From NCBI GenBank assembly GCA_038087875.1, contig CM075996.1, forward strand, positions 9,550,001-9,614,000: DNA of 64,000 bases, given 5' to 3'. How positions within the stretch are numbered: the first letter of the stretch is position 1; each line of letters opens with the position of its first letter. The notes under the pieces are model-generated. The model made no database searches. It was not told the origin of the DNA and worked only from the letters and a program-made list of their open reading frames with translations. The position numbers and the translations under genes were made by a program. Source of the stretch: Malacoraja senta (lineage: Eukaryota). Below are positions 57,890 to 64,000 of this stretch, in pieces.

Positions 57890-58761
57890 CTGTTGTCACA
57901 AGTTCAGAAGTTCTTAAATTGTAGGAGCAGATTAGGGCATTCTGCCATCAGATCTACTCCGCTAGTTAATCGTGGCTGATCTATCTCTCCCTCTCAACCT
58001 CATTCTCCTGCCTTTCCATAAAGTTCACCGAACAGTCATCTCTCTTGCCTGCCGCTGCACATGGCAACGACCACCTCCCCCCATCAGACAGTTCCCCCTC
58101 GATTCTCGGCGCCCCCCCCCCCCCCCCCCCACCCCCACTACCTCTCCACTGTCGGGTCCCCCTTTGTTACGTTTGTCATAAGGTCATAAGTGATAGGAGT
58201 AGAATTAGGCCATTCGGCCAACAAATCTACTCCGCCATCCTATCATGGCTGATCTTTTGTTCCCTCTCAACCCCATTCTCCTGCCTTCTCCCCATAACCC
58301 CTGACACCTTTACTAATTAAGGATCCATCCATCTCTGCCTTAAAAATATCCATTGACGGCATCCCCAGCTGTCCTTGTCAATAAATTCCACAGATTCACC
58401 AGCCTCTGACTAAAGAAATTCAGTCAGAGGGTGTCCGTCTATCATTCCCGCCCCCCTTCTCGTTTCCAGTTTACTTCCCTCTACTATGATCAGTCTGAAG
58501 AAGGGTGCCGACCTACAATGTCACCTATCCATGTCTCCCAGAGATGCTGCCTGACCCAGTTACTCCAGCACTTTTCACAAACCAGCTTCTGCAGTTCCTT
58601 GTGATTCCGCACAACTGCAAGCTGTTTGGGTGCTTGAACTTTGCAGGCTCAACCCCCTGCAGTTCCGGTTACAAAGGACCCAGAGCATAAAACCGTCTTC
58701 AAAGACGCAGTGGACAGATTCACAGCCGCTCGACAAAGGTATTGTCCAAAGCTCCGCTGAC

Positions 58762-58891
58762 CTGTACTTGAAGCGGAGTTTCTGCACCACTCTCTTCATC
58801 TTCTCGATCTGATCTTGATTAGCCTCTGCACTCTTTGGGAAACTGACCTTCCTGATGTCGTCAGCAAATGGCAAGAAGGTTAGGTGGAATC
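58762..58891 (-). CDS. XRCC6: Ku70 exon
   Basis: ccttag acceptor and gtcagc donor. Encodes GFHLTFLPFADDIRKV...IEKMKRVVQKLRFKYR. Confidence 0.95.
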
Positions 58892-61589
58892 CTAAGGAGG
58901 ACAACATAGATGGTTTATTGACACCAACCCGACACAGCAAAAGCTTTTCACTGTACCTCAATACATGTGACAATAAAGAAACTGTAACTGTAACCAAGAA
59001 CGCGTTTTACGTGCTCACACTGCCCACGTGTAGGGGAGATACATGAAACTACAAGGAGATACAAGGGTGGCACAGTGGGAAAGTTGCCACCTTACAGCAC
59101 CAGGGAACTGGGTTCGATTCTGACCACAGGTGCTTGTATGCACAGAGCTTGTACGTTCACCTGCGTGGGTTTTCTCAGGGATCTCCGGTTTGCTCCCACA
59201 CTCCAAAGACGTACAGGTTTGTAGGTTAATTGGCTTGGTATAATTGTAAATTGTCCCTTGTGTGTGTAGAATAGTGTTAGCGTGCATGGGATCGCTGGTC
59301 GGCATGGACTCGGTGGGCTGAAGGGCATGTCTGTTTCTGCGCTGTATCTCTAAACTAAACTAAACTGCAGATGTTGATTTATAAAAACAGACACAAAGTG
59401 TTGGAGTGACTCTGCGGGTCAGGCAGCATCTCTGGAGAACATGGATAGGGTGGATAGGTGATGTTTCGGGCCGGGTCATTGATCTTATCTGCCTGCACAT
59501 GATCCATATCCCTGGCCCCAGAACAGAAGCGTCCACGTCGCGGGGCTGGAGACTGGAAGTATCCCGAGCTAATTCTGCCACCACCGTCACCTATTGCAAC
59601 AAGTGATGGCTCCCACTGATTGTCGCCGGAAGCTTGCATCCTTTTCAGGACGGACGATGACAGCGATGTCAACAATTGAAACAGGGAAGATGGACACAAA
59701 GGAACGTCCATATCCTTCCAGGCTTTGTTTCCACTGGTGGGCACAGAATAAAAGGACGTACCTTTAGAAAGGAGATGTTGTCAGAGGGTGGTGAATCTGT
59801 GGAATCCATCGCCACAGACGGCTGTGAAAGCCACGTCATTGAGTATTTTTAAGGTGCAGATTGACAGATTCTTGATTAGTATTGGTGTCAGGGGTTATGG
59901 GGAGAAGACAGGAGAATGGGATTGAGAGGGAAAGATAAATTGGCCATGATTGAATGGCGGAGTATACTTAATGGGCCGAATGGCCTAATTATGCTCCTTA
60001 ATTTATGGACATAAGCTGTATTTGATTTGCTTATTTGAACCTTAGAATGGATGTCAACCTTTCCACAGAAGCGCCCTTGGCTGGTCGTCCTCTGCTGAAC
60101 GGACCTCTATCCTACCCTGCTCGCTGCGCCAATTTTGTCGTGGTTTTAAGACTCAAAGTTTGGATAAGATGACAGACACGGAGAATTCTTCAAGAAGACG
60201 AAAAGCCATTATTTGCAAACAACTTTTGGCTTGGAACATTCAGAGACAACACGGCCTGGTCGCTCTCTAATTGTTCTCTGATCCACAGAAACAAGCAGCA
60301 TTTTATTACATTCTTTCAGCTTTATCTTCGGCTACTTGGCATGCATGCTTCTGTGACTTTAATCTCTCACTATGTCCTTGCCCTTTAACTTTAATCTCTG
60401 AGCCTACCATGGTGTCCTAGCTAAAGCAAAATTAAAAAATAAGAAGCAACTTGTTCTTGTGCCTTGACGTCTGTTCACATAAAAATAGCTGACATCTGCG
60501 AGCTTTAATAAATGTTTTAAGCATATTACTAGATAAATGTTAAATGCTGCAAAACTAACAATCACGTGAGTCTGAGTACAATAAGCTGATGTCTGATTAC
60601 ATAAAATAGCTGACATATCTGCTGGCTATGATAAATGTTTTAATTAAGTGTTCTTCTATATAACGGTCAAAGCTGGGATCTGCCCAAAGCAACTGACTCC
60701 CCGAATACACTCTTCCCATAAACCGCTGGCCACATCGTCAGTGGGAGGGGTGATGTGGGAATTTCTGAAAAAGATGAGTAGTTTGTGGTGTGTTTAGCCC
60801 GGGAGATGATGTGCTGGGAAGGCAGGATGAGGGGGTGATGCCAGCAGGGAGAGGGGGGTAGTGGGGATGTTAAGCAAGGCGATGAATCGATGTGCAGGAA
60901 GGAACCGCAGATGCTGGTTTAAACCGAAGATAGACACACAAAGCTGGAGTAACTCAGTGGGACAGGCAGCATCACTGGAGAGAAGGAATGGGTGACGTTT
61001 CGGGTCGAGACCCTTCTTCAGACTGGATGGATGAATGGATGTGTTAGATGTAAATTCCACAGGTAACAGGAAATAGTGTCCTTTATTACACCCTTTTGTT
61101 AGGCAAATAGAAGAATTAACAGGAAACAGGATGTTGAACATTTTTCAATGGTGAAGACAGACACAAAAAGTTGGAGTGGCTCAGCGGGTCAGGCAGCATC
61201 TCTGGAGAAAAGGGATAGGTGACGTTTCGGGTCGGGAACCCTCTTAAGACGACCCAAAACGTTACCTATTCCTTTTCTCCGGAGATGTTGCCTGGCCTGC
61301 TGAGTCACTCGTGCTTTTTGTGCCTATCTTCGGTGTAAAACTTGCATCTGTAGATCCTTCGTACACACATTGGTCAATGGTGGAATGGGTGTATGATATG
61401 TGTCCTCTATTGCACCCATTTGTTAGGTAAATGGGGGAATTGTTTACCAATGAGTTTAAACATTGGTCAATGGTAAATTGTTTCAAAGGTGTAAAATCTA
61501 CATGTAAGCATGTGTTGTGGTACTATAAAATGCTGTAGGTGCTGTGAATCTTTGGAACACTTTGGGTTCTCTCAGAATGTTTCCCAGTG

Positions 61590-62080
61590 CGTACTGTCAG
61601 AGACTGACATCGAGTGCTGCTAGAAGGTCATCAACTCGGTGAAAGACGCTCTTTGTCTGCCTGAGCATTGTTGACCTCCCAGCAGAGCGAGATGTCCGTC
61701 GGGGAATGTTGCCGACTGGCCCACAGCAGGAGTACGTGCTGAGGGACGCACTGAAGCTTGGTGCAGCCAACGCCAAGGCTCTGTGGGGAGGGCGACAGTC
61801 TAGGGTCCTTCCGCTGCTGGACATGGGGGGCAGGGTGTGGTGGAGACGCACCTCAAAAATAAGGGAAGGGTTTCCACGCCAGTGGGCCACATGAGTGGCA
61901 AGGGTGGGGGTTAAAATTATGGTTCTTGGCAACACTACCAAATATAATGCTAACAAATGTATGTATAGTGGAGTGTATGTATAGTGTATGTATAGTGGAT
62001 AATGTTGGAGAAATTTCAAAATTCTTGTTTTGTACATATTTTTTATCCTGAATAAAGTTTATTTTGATTATTTAAAAAAA
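61590..62080 (+). mobile_element. Tx1/L1-like LINE 3' end with A-rich tail
   Basis: QEYVLRDALKLGAANAKALWG, then AATAAA and an A-run near 62050-62080. Confidence 0.55.
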
Positions 62081-63458
62081 GTACTGTTAAAGTCTTGAAT
62101 AAAGCGACTTGTTTGAGAAACTCACCACTGTTCTACGAGATGTTCCATGTTTCTGTCCCTATCTGAGCCGTAATTAAGAGGGCAACTGGGCCAACATGAA
62201 GCCAGACATGGTGCAGCTTAAACACTAAATTGCCTCCAACAAGGAGTATCACAGGCCTTTGGGGTGGAAGGTGGCCACCGATACGCCTCCACTGAAAATA
62301 TCTCCACTTAAATCTGTGGGGACATCCGTAATGGAGAAACTACAATGAACATCATCAGAGACCGTTGGAAACAAACAGGGCACCATTCAGTTGTGTCCTC
62401 CCCTGTGATTTGGCCAAAATTTATTCCTAATTCAACATCACCGGGAAAAAACCCAATTAACTCCTTCACCATTCAATGGTTGTTTGAGAGAGCTTCCTTA
62501 GTGCAAGCTGACTGTCATAATTACTGCATTCCTTCAATACTCGGAGTCCACAAGTTCAAGGAGTAGAAATAGGCCATTCGGCCCGTCGAGTCCACTCCGC
62601 CATTCAATCATGGCTGATCTCTGCCTCCTAATCCCACTCTCCTGCCTTCTCCCCATAAGCCTTGATACCCGTTCTAATCAAGAATTTGCCTGTCTCTGCC
62701 TAAAAAATATCCACTGACTTGGCCTCCATAGCCCTCTGCGGCAATGAGTTCCAGAGATTAACTACCCTCTGACTAAAGAATAGAGTACACATGAAAGCAT
62801 GTTACAGGAGTAAAGCATCTGGAGTTGCCCCTCAGGCTGTGAATGGCATTTTAACAATGCAAGTTGTTTTATCTGCAATGGTAAAGCAGTGTGAAGCCAA
62901 AGCTTAGTTATTCCCTTATCATGTATCTATACACTGTAAATGGCTCGATTGTAATCATGTATTGTCTTGCTGCGGTACACATGACAATAAACTGAACTGA
63001 ACTCTTCCGACACCCTTGTACTTAAATATGATAACGCCAATGTATGGTATCATTTTTACTGAACCGAATGCATAAAAGGCATTTGACTGTAGCTAGGCAC
63101 TTGTGAAAATAAAGTACCATCGAAGATAGACACAAAATGCTGGAGTAACTCAGCGGGACAGGCAGCATCTCTGGAGAGAAGGAAGGGGTGACGTTTCAGG
63201 TCGAGACCCTTCTTCGGACTGGTTTGGGATAAGGGAAACGAGAAATATAGACAATGATGTAGAGAGATAAAGAACAATGAATGAAAGATATGCAAAAAAG
63301 TAACGATGATAAAGGAAACAGGCCATCGTTTGCTGTTTGTTGGGTTACTCCAGCTTTTTGTGTTTAAACCAGCAACTGCAGTTCCTTGCTAAAGTACCAT
63401 TGAACATTGGTTGTCGAGTGGACTCCGTTGGTCAGTCAGCAGTCGCAGAGCCACTGAC

Positions 63459-63620
63459 CTGAAGGCATGGTCTGTATCTCCTGGTCGTCCAGCTGCTCCT
63501 GTTGTGGGACCATGGCCACGAACCGAGGTGGCGTGTTCCGCCGCGGGGTGTACCGACAAACGGCGTACACCCCTTTCTCCAGGCACTTGGTCAGCAACGC
63601 GCTGAACAGAGTCGTGCTTC
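63459..63620 (-). CDS. XRCC6: Ku70 exon (gene continues beyond the window)
   Basis: aacag acceptor and gtcagt donor. Encodes [54 protein letters not shown]. Phases chain correctly through all five exons. Confidence 0.95.
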
Positions 63621-64000
63621 CTGTTGGCGATACGAGCACAGGCAAAAATCAGATGAACGAAGAGCCGGGCACTAGGACCCTGGAGAGTCAGCGGTGAGCT
63701 GCGGGAGGACCGCTCGTGGTCGCTGAACTAAGGTTATAAAGGTCGGACGGGCCACACATGGGTGCCGGCGGTCGGTCGAAGGATCCACCGCCGAGATCAA
63801 AGAGGGACCGGCGTGGGTGGGGGCTGAGAGAACAAAGAAGGACTATTGACAATAGACAATAGGTGCAGGAGTAGGCCATTCGACCCTTCGAGCCATCACC
63901 GCCATTCAATGTGATCATGGCTGATCATCCCCAATCAGTACCCCGTTCCTGCCTTCTCCCCATATCCCCTGTTTAAGAGCCCTATCTAGCTCTCTCTTGA

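Overview
Eukaryotic, repeat-dense vertebrate DNA, most likely a cartilaginous fish (skate/ray). This is inferred from abundant HE1/V-SINE-like SINEs, CR1 LINEs and vertebrate exon structure. Three spliced genes can be reconstructed by hand. (1) The last six exons of a GPI-type membrane MMP (MMP17/MMP25-like, +, 4556-34947). (2) The last three exons of SLC25A17/PMP34 (-, 42064-46993; one exon has two 1-bp insertions and the 5' exons were not found, next to a 200-N gap). (3) The last five exons of XRCC6/Ku70 (-, 54338-63620). The rest is mostly mobile DNA and satellites: a Gypsy remnant, a DIRS1-type tyrosine-recombinase retrotransposon with intact termini, Penelope-like fragments with a hammerhead-like core, CR1/L2/Tx1 fragments, Harbinger and hAT-like MITEs, an intronless DPP3 fragment and a CCA-bearing 3' half of tRNA-Leu(CAG). 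The most striking observation is two copies of a ~146-bp retroposon (20298-20441 +, 30770-30916 -). Each starts exactly at a predicted 55-nt minimal HDV-like self-cleaving ribozyme, ends in (AAG)n and is flanked by ~11-bp TSDs. All calls are by eye; no searches were run.
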